This document shows positions 23,838 to 34,959 of a DNA stretch of 64,000 bases, piece after piece. This DNA is from Octopus vulgaris (lineage: Eukaryota). The number at the start of each line of letters is the position of its first letter. Position 1 is the first letter of the stretch. The stretch is taken from the NCBI GenBank assembly GCA_951406725.2, contig OX597830.1, positions 62,062,001-62,126,000 of the forward strand. The letters are read 5' to 3'. The translations under genes were made by a program, and so were the position numbers. Under the pieces are notes generated by a model. That model saw only the letters and a list, made by a program, of their open reading frames with translations, made no database searches and was not told where the DNA came from.

Positions 23838-24755
23838 ATACAAGATAAGAAAATGGAGAAATACATCTAAATCAAATATCAATTACCAGATAATACTCAA
23901 TCACATACTTTATTAAACCACCACATAAGAGACTGTAGGGTTAAACATAAAAAAGCAGAACAAATCAGTGTATATAAAGGAATGTACATAAAAAAGTGTA
24001 CATAAAAGAGTAATGTAGTATAATAAGCAGAATATATATAAAAAAGAGAATATAAATATAAGTAAATATAAATATAAGTATAGATTACATCTTACAGCTG
24101 TTTCAGCCATGTCGATAAGTATGTCTCATTTTACCAATATTAGCCTTATATGGTAGGTCAATATATAGATATAAATGAGACATTTACAAAAATATATCTA
24201 TATCTATATAATGTCTCATTTATATAAATATATTTATATCTATATAATGTCTCATTTATATAAATATATTTATATCTATATAATGTCTCATTTATATCTA
24301 TATATTGACCTACCATAAAAGGCTAATATTGGTAAAATGAGACATACTTATCTACATGGCTGAAACAGCTGTAAGATGTAATCTATACTTATACTTATAT
24401 TTATATTCTCTTTTATATATATTCTACTTTTTTATGTACACTGATTTGTTCTGCTTTTTATATTTAGCCCTACAGTCTCTTATGTGGTGGTTTAATAAAG
24501 TATGTGATTGAGTATTATCTGGTAATTGATATTTGATTTAGATGTATTTCTCCATTTTCTTATCTTGTATTAGTAATTTGTGGTAAATCATTTTACCTTT
24601 GCCCATATAATACAGTAAATGAATTGATTGCATCGCAATCCTTAATATTTATGTATTAAATTTGTTGGGTACTTCACTAGCAGTATATTGGATATATGTT
24701 ATCCCATGGAGGGTTGCATTTACAACCCCTATCTCAATTTGTATATATATATATA
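23838..24755. mobile_element. Penelope-like terminal-repeat remnant with an inverted duplication (arms ~23838-24183 and ~24283-24570)
   Basis: Diverged inverted arms, each with the 3' half of a hammerhead (GAAACAGCTGTA at 24362-24373 + and 24093-24104 -); tandem AT-rich units of about 36 bp in the centre; (TA)n at both ends. Confidence 0.6.
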
Positions 24756-24857
24756 CATAGTTGTGATCTGAACATAACTGCTTCTCACACAGAAGATCAG
24801 GGGCCCTTTTGGGAGTTCTATTTTCCTTGCTGGAAGGGTTCCCAACCCATGGGCAAA

Positions 24858-25448
24858 GGATGTTGTCTCAGTTTTAGACGCAGCAAATGATTTTAGCTCA
24901 ATTAGAGGCAATTGATTGGTTAAAATTCGAAAAATTAAACTACGTTAAACAAACAAATTACAATTTTCTCAAGAAAGCCAAGAGAAAAAAATGTTTTATT
25001 TTGACACATTCTATCAGTATACGAAGTTTAAAAGTGTTTAGTTAACTAGAAATTGTGTTGACATGTGCCGTTCAAAGGAAAAGATCCCCAAAAAGATACC
25101 CCACCCCTAACCCTAACCCTAAAACAGATTGAAATGCAATAGATCGATACTAGGGTCATAATTATGGGTGACAATTTCATATGACACCGCTAGATAAAAC
25201 TGCCTTTCAAACCGAAAAGATCCCCTCTGTATGTTATTTCTACATTCCACAACATATAAAAACAAAAAAACAACAGAACAGACACACACATACACAGAAC
25301 AAGCACGCACGCAAACACACACACAGAGGAACAAGCACGCACGCACAACCCATAAGCTTTCTCTTCTCAACTGACAATTGACACATGTGGTCACGGAAAT
25401 CACCGAATTCAATGTTTACATTATTTCGAGTCAAAACGAAAGATCGCC
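24858..25448. mobile_element. Cluster of GG-terminated MITE remnants (termini GGATCTTTTC.. and GGCGATCTTTCG..)
   Basis: Termini end at 25087, ~25222 and 25448; the same terminus recurs at ~60428; (CCCTAA)n at 25105-25122. Confidence 0.5.
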
Positions 25449-25684
25449 CTGTTAACGAATATGTAATATTGTGATTATGATTAGGATAGGTGCCATAAAC
25501 ATGCTGTTTCATGAAAATTTCAGGCATCTTTATATTCCTGAGCGATCCTTCGGTATAGGTACAGGAAGTACAGGAAGTGGCTTTGTTTACATTTCTTAAG
25601 ATAACAGAAACCCTTTTCTCCCACCCCTAACCCTAACCCCACCATATATATATAAAAAAAAACACTTTCTTGAAATGTATCCGG

Positions 25685-26346
25685 GGTACTACTTGAGAAC
25701 AGTGGTCCCGGTGTGCGCACTCGCATAAGTCGCGCATCCGCGCTAGTTAGTCGTGACTAGTCGATCCTACGACTACCTAGCAAAGTAAATAAAACACAAA
25801 ATAGATAATTTTTTACACAAAGTAATTAATTTTTTTAAACAAAATATGAGTGGCTGTATGGTAAGTAGCTTGTTTACCAACCACATGGTTCCGGGTTCAG
25901 TCCCACTGCGTGGTACCTTGGGCAAGTGTCTTCCACTATAGCCTCGGGCCGACCAATGCCTTGTGAGTGGATTTGGTAGGCAGAAACTGAAAAGAAGCCC
26001 GTCGTATATATATATATATATATATGTATATGTGTGTGTGTGTGTGTGTCTGTGTTTGTGCCCCTAGCATTTGCTTGACAACCGATGCTGGTGTGTTTAC
26101 GTCCCCGTCACATTAGCGGTTCGGCAAAAGAAACCGATAGAATAAGTACTGGGCTTACAAAAGAATAAGTCCCGGGGGCGAGTTGCTCGATTAAAGGCGG
26201 TGCTGCATCATGGCCGCAGTCAAAATGACTGAAACAAGTAAAAGAGTAAGAGTGTAAAGTAAATATCACAAAAACACAAAGCAAGGATCGATTAGTCATG
26301 ACTAGCTAGCGCGCGCGTGCCGGGACCACTGTTCTCAAGTAGTACC
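25685..26346. mobile_element. MITE with a 9-bp TSD (TGTATCCGG), nested inside the previous element
   Basis: TIR GGTACTACTTGAGAACAGTGGTCCCGG plus a further imperfect inverted segment; TSD at 25676-25684 and 26347-26355; contains a SINE. Confidence 0.85.
25847..26252 (+). mobile_element. SINE family A copy inside the nested MITEs
   Basis: Sequence similarity to the other copies. Confidence 0.88.
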
Positions 26347-26531
26347 TGTATCCGGTACTTCCGGGACCTATACCGAAGTTTCGCCTATTCCTGTGTTGCT
26401 TCCTTCGTCGTGAATGTTTTTTATGCTGAAATGTAGAATCTCCCTACTTTCTGTTTACACAACCAAATTCTTCTGTGGAATCGCGATTGTACACACGTGG
26501 TCGCATAGATCAATAATATAGAATGCCTTAC

Positions 26532-26660
26532 CGACACGTAGATGTCAAGCATCCATTCATAAATTTCCAAAAACTGGAGTATTTTCTGGATGTGTCTCTT
26601 GACTGACCCAACAGAGTCGAGGTTCCCCGGCAAAGCAAAAACGGAATCACGCTCCGCCAT
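26532..26660 (-). CDS. METTL25B: METTL25B/RRNAD1 methyltransferase-like protein, coding exon 1 of 10 (MAERDSVF...DIYVS)
   Basis: ATG at 26660; donor TCG|GTAAGG; 129 nt, phase 0. The joined CDS is 1941 nt (646 aa). Confidence 0.85.
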
Positions 26661-27009
26661 GTTCACAGCCAAAACTGCTACTCTCCACACTAAGGAAAAT
26701 ATCCCCAATTTTTACCTTTAATAATTTTTAAATAAATCATACCTTATATTTCGCGAAATAAATATATTATTGATAAATCTGATCTAAAAACGAGAATCAT
26801 AGGCAATTTTCGTAATTTTTTCCGACCGCATAAGTAAAGTTTCCCAAGTAAAGGTGGGATCAATTTATTGCGAACAGTTGATTCATAACAACATTGCTGA
26901 AAGTTTTCTCTATTTATCAAAACAATGCTACTTAAAAACATTTAGAAAGAATGTGTTTTGTAACACTGAAACACTAGTTTCTGAAGTAACTACTGGATTC
27001 ATTACGAAG
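26661..27009. promoter_or_regulatory. Probable bidirectional promoter region and non-coding first exon of SLC33A1 (donor AAG|GTAAGT at 27009/27010)
   Basis: Divergent genes; locally more CpG; 14-bp palindrome TATTTCGCGAAATA at 26747-26760; a consensus plus-strand donor 350 bp from the METTL25B ATG. Confidence 0.5.
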
Positions 27010-27184
27010 GTAAGTTGCATTACTATTTTAAAGAAATTCATTTTTTGCCAGATTTTATTTAATCAAACAGCTTCACACACACTTTTTATAAAACGTGACA
27101 AAGTGAAATTAAAGTGTTCATTTTTTTTCTTTTTTTTTTTCTTTTCACAACTGAAACCTCCTCCGCCAAGTGCGCCGGCGGAAT

Positions 27185-27870
27185 TTAGGGGCGATAAACT
27201 TCGGAAATGGTGTTTGAGAAATGTATATAGAAATTCTGGAAATTTTTCTTCGTCGTAAATCCATAAATTCGTCGACGCGGAACCATTTCATATCGCCCGA
27301 TGATCCAGTGACATAACTTCAACCGTCTTTTGAATCGGGACCAGTAGGCCTCTGTGGTTTGCCGCAAGCGCCGGTTTCAGGGTCAGTGAAGGTCTGTGAA
27401 TGGTTTACGTAACTTTTTATGAGAATGGTTAGCCGTTCGGCGAATATAGCCAAGTTGCTGGCCAACTTCTACAGCTGGCCCATTTATCTGTATGAATTAC
27501 AGTATCGGGCGTTGTGAGTGTTTATTGAGCGAAAACACCTAAAGCTCCACGGGGGCCGGCAAGGGATGGTGGCGATCCCTGCTGTTTCTCTTTCACCACA
27601 ACTTTCTCTCACTCTTACTTCCTGTTTCTGTTGTACCTGTATTTCAAAGGGCCGGCCTTGTCACGCTCAATATCCCCGAGAACTACGTTAAGGGTACACG
27701 TGTCTGTGGAGTGCTCAGCCACTTACACGTTAATTTCACAAGCAGGCTGTTCCGTTGATTCGGATCAACCGGAACCCTCGTCGTCGTAACCAACGGAGTG
27801 CTTCCATCCATGAATTACAGTATCGGGCAACACATTTTGGATAATATAAAGACCGTCACCCAGGAACAAA
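27185..27870 (-). mobile_element. Merlin (ISXO2-like) transposase C-terminal fragment, interrupted by a SINE
   Basis: VLPDTVIHTDKW, VNHSQTFTDPETGA and QTTEAYWSRFKRRL motifs. Confidence 0.75.
27511..27809 (+). mobile_element. 5'-truncated SINE family D copy with a 19-bp flanking duplication, inside the Merlin fragment
   Basis: ATGAATTACAGTATCGGGC at 27492-27510 and 27810-27828. Confidence 0.85.
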
Positions 27871-27891
27871 AAAAAATTTTAAAAAACAGTC

Positions 27892-28067
27892 ATAGGCGCA
27901 GGAGTGGCTGTGTGGTAAGTAGCTTGCTAACCAACCACACGGTTCCGGGTTCAGTCCCACTGCGTGGCATCTTGGGCAAGTGTCTTCTGCTATAGCCCCG
28001 GGCCGACCAATGCCTTGTGAGTGGATTTGGTAGACGAAAACTGAAAGAAGCCTGTCGTATATATGTG

Positions 28068-28112
<45 letters not shown>

Positions 28113-28313
28113 CTGTGTTTGTCCCCCTAGTATAGCTTGACAACCGATGCTGGTGTGTTTACGTCCCTGTCAGCTAGCGGTTCGGCAAAAAGAGACCGAT
28201 AGAATAAGTACTGGGCTTACAAAGAATAAGTTCCGGGGTCGATTTGCTCGACTAAAGGCAGTGCTCCAGCATGGCCGCAGTCACATGACTGAAACAAGTA
28301 AAAGAGTAAGAGT
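27892..28313 (+). mobile_element. SINE family A copy
   Basis: Sequence similarity to the other copies. Confidence 0.88.
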
Positions 28314-28672
28314 CTGGGCGGTACAAACAAGTGAGTGGAAAACGAAAATGAAAAAAAAAGTGTGCTGACGACCCTGGGGGTGGGGAGGAGAATTTCGGAG
28401 AATTCACAAGATCCGATTTTCCGTCATAACTTCAGGTAAAATGGATATATATTGATTTTTTTTTACGGAATCCCACGTTTTTGATTATGGAGGATCCGAT
28501 TCTGAAAAAAAAAATTTCAGTGCCCCGCCTCCTGTTACCCCCCTTCACTTTTCACTATTTCCGGGATTTTTTTTTTTTGCGAAATACGTCGAAAAATACG
28601 AAGATTACGATTCTCAAAAAAAATTGCTTGTAAAATTTCAATTTTTCAACAAGAAAGAAAAAAAGAATATAT

Positions 28673-29033
28673 ATAGGCGTAGGAGTGACTGTGTGGAAAG
28701 TTGCCTGCCTACCAGCCACATGGTTCCGGGTTCAGTCCCACTGCGTGGCACCTTGGGCAAGTGTCTTCTACTATAGCATAGAGCCGACCAAAACCTTGTG
28801 AGTGGATTTGGTAGACGGAAACTGAAAAAAACGTGTCTGTGTTTGCCCCTCCCCAACATCGCTTGATAACCGATGCTGGTGTGTTTACGTCCCCGTCACC
28901 TAGCGGTTCGACAATAGAGACCGATAGAATAAGTACTAGGCTTACAAAGAATTAGTCCTGGGGTTGATTTGTTTGACTAAAGGCTGTGCTCCAGCATGGC
29001 CACAGTCAAAGTGACTGAAACAAGTAAAAGAGT
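28673..29033 (+). mobile_element. SINE family A copy lacking the internal microsatellite
   Basis: Sequence similarity to the other copies. Confidence 0.85.
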
Positions 29034-30069
29034 ATACCCGCAGGCTATCCACATGCTAGAAATAACAGCCAAATCTCGCAAAACTGCGATAACATAATGC
29101 AAGTTTTTTACACTGTTCTCCATTGACACTGGTGCTACTCTAAACCACAGGAAGTTTAGGTTCAGATTTTATACAGGGTATCTAAGATTTCCCATAGTTA
29201 TGGGGTGATTTTTTAAAAAGTTGAAATTCTGTCCTGTACACTGATTTATATGGTACAATAAAACATCACTGATTTATTTTGTTATTTGTAACAAATGGTT
29301 GATTTTGCAATGTTTTCAGACCTAGCAAAATCCAAAACTTCAAACCACAGGGACTTCAGTTTTGGTATATTTGTAATAGGTATAGAGATAAATAAACTAT
29401 GGGATTTTGGGACATGACACCATTTCAATAAAATTTTAATGGACTATTAAAGATTACCATAAATGACAGGGTTTGGATCAGGAAGGCCTACATAATTTGG
29501 ATTTTCTCCATTTTGATGGAGATTTTTCCTTTTCCTTTTTTTTTTTTTTTTTGCATCACTGTCTTGGAAAGGATGAGGGTAAACTTTTTATGAAAAATGT
29601 TTTTGAAAATTTTTTCACTACACCATTCCACTCCCATTCACTCTGGATTGATTTTTCCCAATTTTGTTTGCTCCACACACTTAAAAACCAAGGGAGAAAC
29701 CTTTTGTGTAAAAAATGCGAAAACTAATTCCTTGCTTTAAGCCTTAAAAGCCTAAATTAAAGGCATTAACATCTGTAACTCACAGTAAACTCATTAGGAG
29801 AGTGAAAAAAAACACCCCAAATGAATATGTAAACGCTGACACAAATTATCCTGACTGTATTCAAAATCGGACAATAAAACATCACATCTGACTTCAGTAG
29901 TCCACAAAATTATATTCATTGCACAATATAATTTTTATTGGGAAAATTTGACCAATGTTTCTCAAAGAAAGTCGAAATACACTTGTACAAGAATATCAGC
30001 TTAGTTTGCTGATATTGGACAAAATCAAAAGCAAACTCGATGAACATTAATGGAATTTGTAGCTTTGTG

Positions 30070-30400
30070 GTACCAGTGCCGGTAGCACATACAAAGATCA
30101 TCCGAACGTGGCCGCAGCCAGTACCGCATTGACTGGCCTCCATGCTGGTGGCACGTAAAAAAACACCATCCGAGCGTGGCCGTTCACCAGCCTCATCTGG
30201 CACCTGTGTCGGTGGCACATAAAATCACCCACTACACTCTCGGAGTGGTTGGCGTTAGGAAGGGCATCCAGCTGTAGAAACACTGCCAGATCTGACTGGC
30301 CTGGTGCAGCCTTCGGGCTTCCCAGACCCCAGTTGAACCATCCAACCCATGCTAACATGGAAAGCGGACGCTAAACGATGATGATGATGATGATGATGAT
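30070..30400 (+). mobile_element. Family B copy
   Basis: Core plus (GAT)n tail. Confidence 0.85.
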
Positions 30401-32270
30401 TTGCCTAGTGGCTCTCCACATGTTAAAACTGTGAGACGGAATAAACAACATTCTTCTCAATACGATACCATGCTAAGTTTGGGCTCTAGAAGACTTGTTA
30501 AACTCAGTTTTAGTTTGTTTTTGTTTTTTTGTAGAAATATATGTTAACTTAGTAATTAGTTCATTTCTTAAAATTCTGGCTCAAACTTGGAATCTGCAGC
30601 CATGGATTTGTGTTCCATTTGACCTCTCACTGCACTCGAATACATCAGTTTGGCATACAGGATCAGTACACCACCCTCTTTAGTCACTTTGCACTTTTTC
30701 ACCATATCCATAGCCAGTTATCAATGAAATCATGAAAACATTTTTTTTTTGTTATGGTATAAAAATCTTGAGAAGTTTTAAATGTCATCAATATGACATT
30801 TAAAACTGGTTAGATTGAAAATGAAGGAAGAATTAGTCCATCAGTTGCGACGACAAGGGTCCCAGCTGATACGATCAACGGAACGGCCTGCTCATGAAAT
30901 TAACATGCAAGTGGCTGAGCACTGTACAAACACGTGTACCCTTAATGTAGTTCTCGGGGAGATTCAGTTTGATATAGAGTGTGACAGGGCTGGCCCTTTG
31001 AAATACAGGTTCGACTCATTTTTGTCAGCAGAGTGGACTGGAGCAATGTGAAATAAAGTGTCTTGCTCAAGGACACAAGGTGCTGCCAGGAATTGAACTC
31101 ACAACCTTACGATCAACCTTACGATCATGAGCCGAATGCCCCTAGCAAGTTCAAGTTTAATCATTTTTTAATTATATTTGAATTACAATTTTTGTTTTCA
31201 CTTTTGTAGTTGCATTTACTTTAAATGATAAATGATAAGAAAACTATGTTTTCAAAGTTATGCCAAGCCCCATACATGGATCTGCATTCGATGAAGTAAA
31301 ATCTATCCTTCAAAATGGTTACAATACCAGAAATATTGAAAAAATGGATATTTGAGTTTGCGAGAAACTTTGATGTGATAGAGCAAAATTGATTTGATTT
31401 TTGAAATCAGCACCCCAAAATTACTCGGAAACATGTCTCGAACACTGGACAACAAAAATTATATTCGTTAGTGTAATTTTTCATGCTGTTGTTTAAAGTA
31501 CAACTTTTGATATGTAATTTATCAATGTATCTTATACATGGTGCATTAAGAAACTAACTAGAAAGTACCAAAAATAGCAGGTGAAACAGTAGGTTATTGT
31601 AATGCATGAACTGTTAAAGAGCTAACTAGAAATACAGTTATTATAAAACCACTGGTCGATGATCAATATTAATTTCATTTTATCAAGGGCAGTGGATTGG
31701 CAGAATCATTAGAGTGTCAGATAAAATGCCTTACACTATTTGTTCCAGCCGTTTATGTTCTGAGTTCAAATCCTGCTAAAATTAACTTTGTTTTGCTCTC
31801 TCTCTCTCTGGTATTGTTAAAATATAGTACTCGTCAAATACTGTGATTAAGGTAATCAACTTGTTGCCTTCACAAAATTGCTGGTTTTATGACTAAACTA
31901 GAAACAATTATTATTTTCTCTTTTCAAATAAGCTGCGACCTCATTTGCTGCCTTCCCTTGATAAATAAAATTATTTAATTGTAAATTATAAATTTTCCAC
32001 TTATTTCATTTTCATTTCATGATAATTATCATTAAATGAAAATGAAATACTTGGAAAATTTATAATTCAGATTTAAATAATTTTATTAAAAATGAATGCA
32101 ATAGTATTGATCATCTTCATCTTTTGCATAATTTTAACCACATTTTAAATTATAAAATAATTATCATTAAACACTTAATTCTTGATTTTCTTCTATTCTT
32201 GCAGATCTGCCAATATCTTAACACAAGAAGTTTATCTGATGTTATTAAAGAATTTTCAGAAAGATCAGCA

Positions 32271-32815
32271 ATGTCAATCCGAGAAAAAAGGCATCAGAGG
32301 TCATTGGACATTTCAACAGAAGAATTTAACCAAAAGAATAATAGATATAAAATGGTTTCCCAAGACCCACTTACTCAGAAAAACTCAAAACATTCCAGCT
32401 GGAGAAAAGATATCAATAGTATTTTGATTCTATTTTTCCTTTATATTCTTCAAGGTGTTCCTTTAGGATTAGCAGGTAGCATACCAATGTTACTTCAGAC
32501 TCGCCAAGCTAGTTACCGAGATCAAGCCTTGTTCAGTTTTGTTTATTGGCCGTTTAGTTTAAAACTGCTTTGGGCACCCATTGTTGATTCTATTTTCATT
32601 TCATCACTGGGCAGGCGTAAATCTTGGCTTGTTCCTTCTCAGTATCTCATTAGTATTTTTATGATCTTTCTCTCCTACCATATAACAGACTATCTTGGTG
32701 ACAAAAGCACACCTCCAAGTATATGTTTTTTGACTTTTTGCTTCTTCATTCTTAACTTTTTGGCTGCAACACAAGATATTGCTGTGGATGGCTGGGCACT
32801 GACTATGCTATCTAA
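32271..32815 (+). CDS. SLC33A1: SLC33A1 acetyl-CoA transporter 1 (AT-1, MFS), coding exon 1 of 8; the exon starts at 32205 in the 5'UTR
   Basis: LYILQGVPLGL, WPFSLKLLWAPIVD, GRRKSWLVPSQY and LAATQDIAVDGWALTML motifs; donor AA|GTAAGT. The joined CDS is 1566 nt (521 aa). Confidence 0.93.
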
Positions 32816-32894
32816 GTAAGTTCCATTTCCTTTTATATTCAAATTGTTTTGTTTTCTTCACATTTTGTTTTTATGCAGATAAATATTTATACAC

Positions 32895-33294
32895 ATAGGC
32901 GCAGGAGTGGCTGTGCGGTAAGTAACTTGCTAACCAACCACATGGTTCCGGGTTCAGTCTCACTGCGTGGCATCTTGGGCAAATGTCTTCTGCTATAGCC
33001 TCGGGCCGACCAAAGCCTTGTGAGTGGATTTGGTAGATGGAAACTGAAAGAAGCCTGTCGTATATGTGTATGTGTGCGTATATGTTTGTGTGTCTGTGTT
33101 TGTCCCTCGAGCATTGCTTGACAACCGATGCTGGTGTGTTTACATCCCCGTCACTTAGCAGTTCGGCAAAAGAGACTGATAGAATAAGTACTGGGCTTAC
33201 AAAAAATAAGTCCCGGGGTCGATTTGCTCGACTAAAGGCGGTGCTCCAGCATGGCCACAGTCAAATGACTGAAACAAGTAAAAGAGTAAAGAGT
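32895..33294 (+). mobile_element. SINE family A copy
   Basis: Sequence similarity to the other copies. Confidence 0.88.
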
Positions 33295-33526
33295 ATTCCC
33301 AAGACTCATTTTTCTTTTCAGTTTGTTGTTTTTAATTTTATTAATTAGAACAGGGTTTTACTTTTAATTGATATACAGTTAGACAACTAAATTAGCAGTT
33401 TCCTGCATGTGGTTTATGAACTGCAACTCCTGCATCCTTGCCTATGCAATGCTAATATTTATATCTTAATATTTTACAATGCTAATATTAACTGATAATT
33501 CTTCTCATTAATTTTTCACTGTCTAG

Positions 33527-33681
33527 GGACAATGTTGGCTGGGCAAGTACTTGTAATTCGGTTGGACAAACAGCTGGATATTTTCTTGGAAATGTATTAT
33601 TTCTAGCTTTAGAATCTCCAACGTTTTGCAATAAATACCTTCGTTCTGTTCCTTCATCAGAAGGAATTATTACTTTGGCAG
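33527..33681 (+). CDS. SLC33A1: SLC33A1 coding exon 2 (DNVGWASTCNSVGQTAGYFLGN...)
   Basis: Acceptor tctag|G; donor G|GTGAGT; 155 nt. Confidence 0.93.
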
Positions 33682-34494
33682 GTGAGTCCATATTTTTTAT
33701 TTTACAATTTTTTATAACAATGTTTTGTTATTCATTGCATTATTGGAAGGTTATCTTCAGTATAGTAATTCAATAATTATAACATCACATTTGTAAACCA
33801 CATTTTCAGCTAAACATTGATCAGAAAGCAGACAAAATGTTTTGTCTAAACAATTGCATCCAATAGTAATTCGAGAGAATACTCTGTAATTGCTTCCTCT
33901 TCATGTCTGTCCATCAAAAGATTAAAGCTCAGCTCTCATTTATGTATACAACTGCTATTTGTTGTTATAAACTTTTTCTCCATAGTACTTATTTATAGCT
34001 TGACGAATTGAGCTATTAGGAGTTGAGTACTTTTGCATTGAACATGACTCTACATTGTAAATAGAATATCAACTGACACCCTGTTGATTCAACAAATAAT
34101 TTAGTTCTTTTTTTCCCGTTTCAATCATATTTAGAAAAGCATAAAATCTCACATATAGTTTCATAATATAATTGAGCACTATGGCTGTTCCAGTGGCATA
34201 CGACAAACATTATTTATGTATCTACTTATATAAAATACACAATTAATTAATTAATTTAAAAGTAATGTGTTAAAGCCTATCATCAAATATAAATGCAAAT
34301 GAGACAGAAACAAAAATAACTGAGGGGAAAAACATCTGAGAGGGAAAAAATATATAAATATACACGCTTGATGCATGCAAATATGTATAGATATATATAC
34401 ACAAATACATGCCAGCAAATATATATGTATATAACTACATACATGCATGCATATAAATATATGTGCATATATATATATTTATATGTATATATAT

Positions 34495-34900
34495 ACTCTT
34501 TTACTTGTTTCAGTCATTTGACTGCAGCCATGCTGGAGCACCGCCTCTAGTCAAGCAAATCAACCCCGGGACTTATTTTTTGTAAGCCCAGTACTTATTC
34601 TATCGGTCTCTTTTTGTCGAACCGCTAAGTGACGGGGACGTAAACACACCAGCATCGGTTGTCAAGCAATGCTAGGGGGACAAACACAGACACACAAATA
34701 TATACACACACACTTATATATATATACATATATACGACAGGCTTCTTTCAGTTTCCGTCTACCAAATCCACTCACAAGGCATTGGTCGGCCCGGGGCTAT
34801 AGCAGAAGACACTTGCCCAAGATGCCACGCAGTGAGACTGAACCCGGAACCATGTGGTTGGTTAGCAAGCTACTTACCACACAGCCACTCCTGCGCCTAT
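34495..34900 (-). mobile_element. SINE family A copy
   Basis: Reverse-complement similarity. Confidence 0.88.
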
Positions 34901-34959
34901 ATGCATATATATCTTGTGCATATATGTGTGTGTGTGTGTGTGTGTGCATATATATATGC

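Larger units (their letters stand above)
25541..26385. mobile_element. MITE with an 8-bp TSD (TATTCCTG), Merlin-like; outer element of a nest
   Basis: Imperfect TIRs (G/A)GCGA..CTTCGGTATAGGT.C.GGAAGTAC; TSD at 25533-25540 and 26386-26393; internal CCCTAACCCTAACCC. Confidence 0.75.

Noticed and set aside
25105-25640. Telomere or chromosome-fusion relic from CCCTAA repeats
   Set aside because: Only 2-3 units, each embedded in a MITE.
26690-26742. 53-nt intron in the METTL25B 5'UTR (GTATGA...CCTTAG on the minus strand)
   Set aside because: The signals are plausible but the intron is very short and cannot be supported without transcripts.
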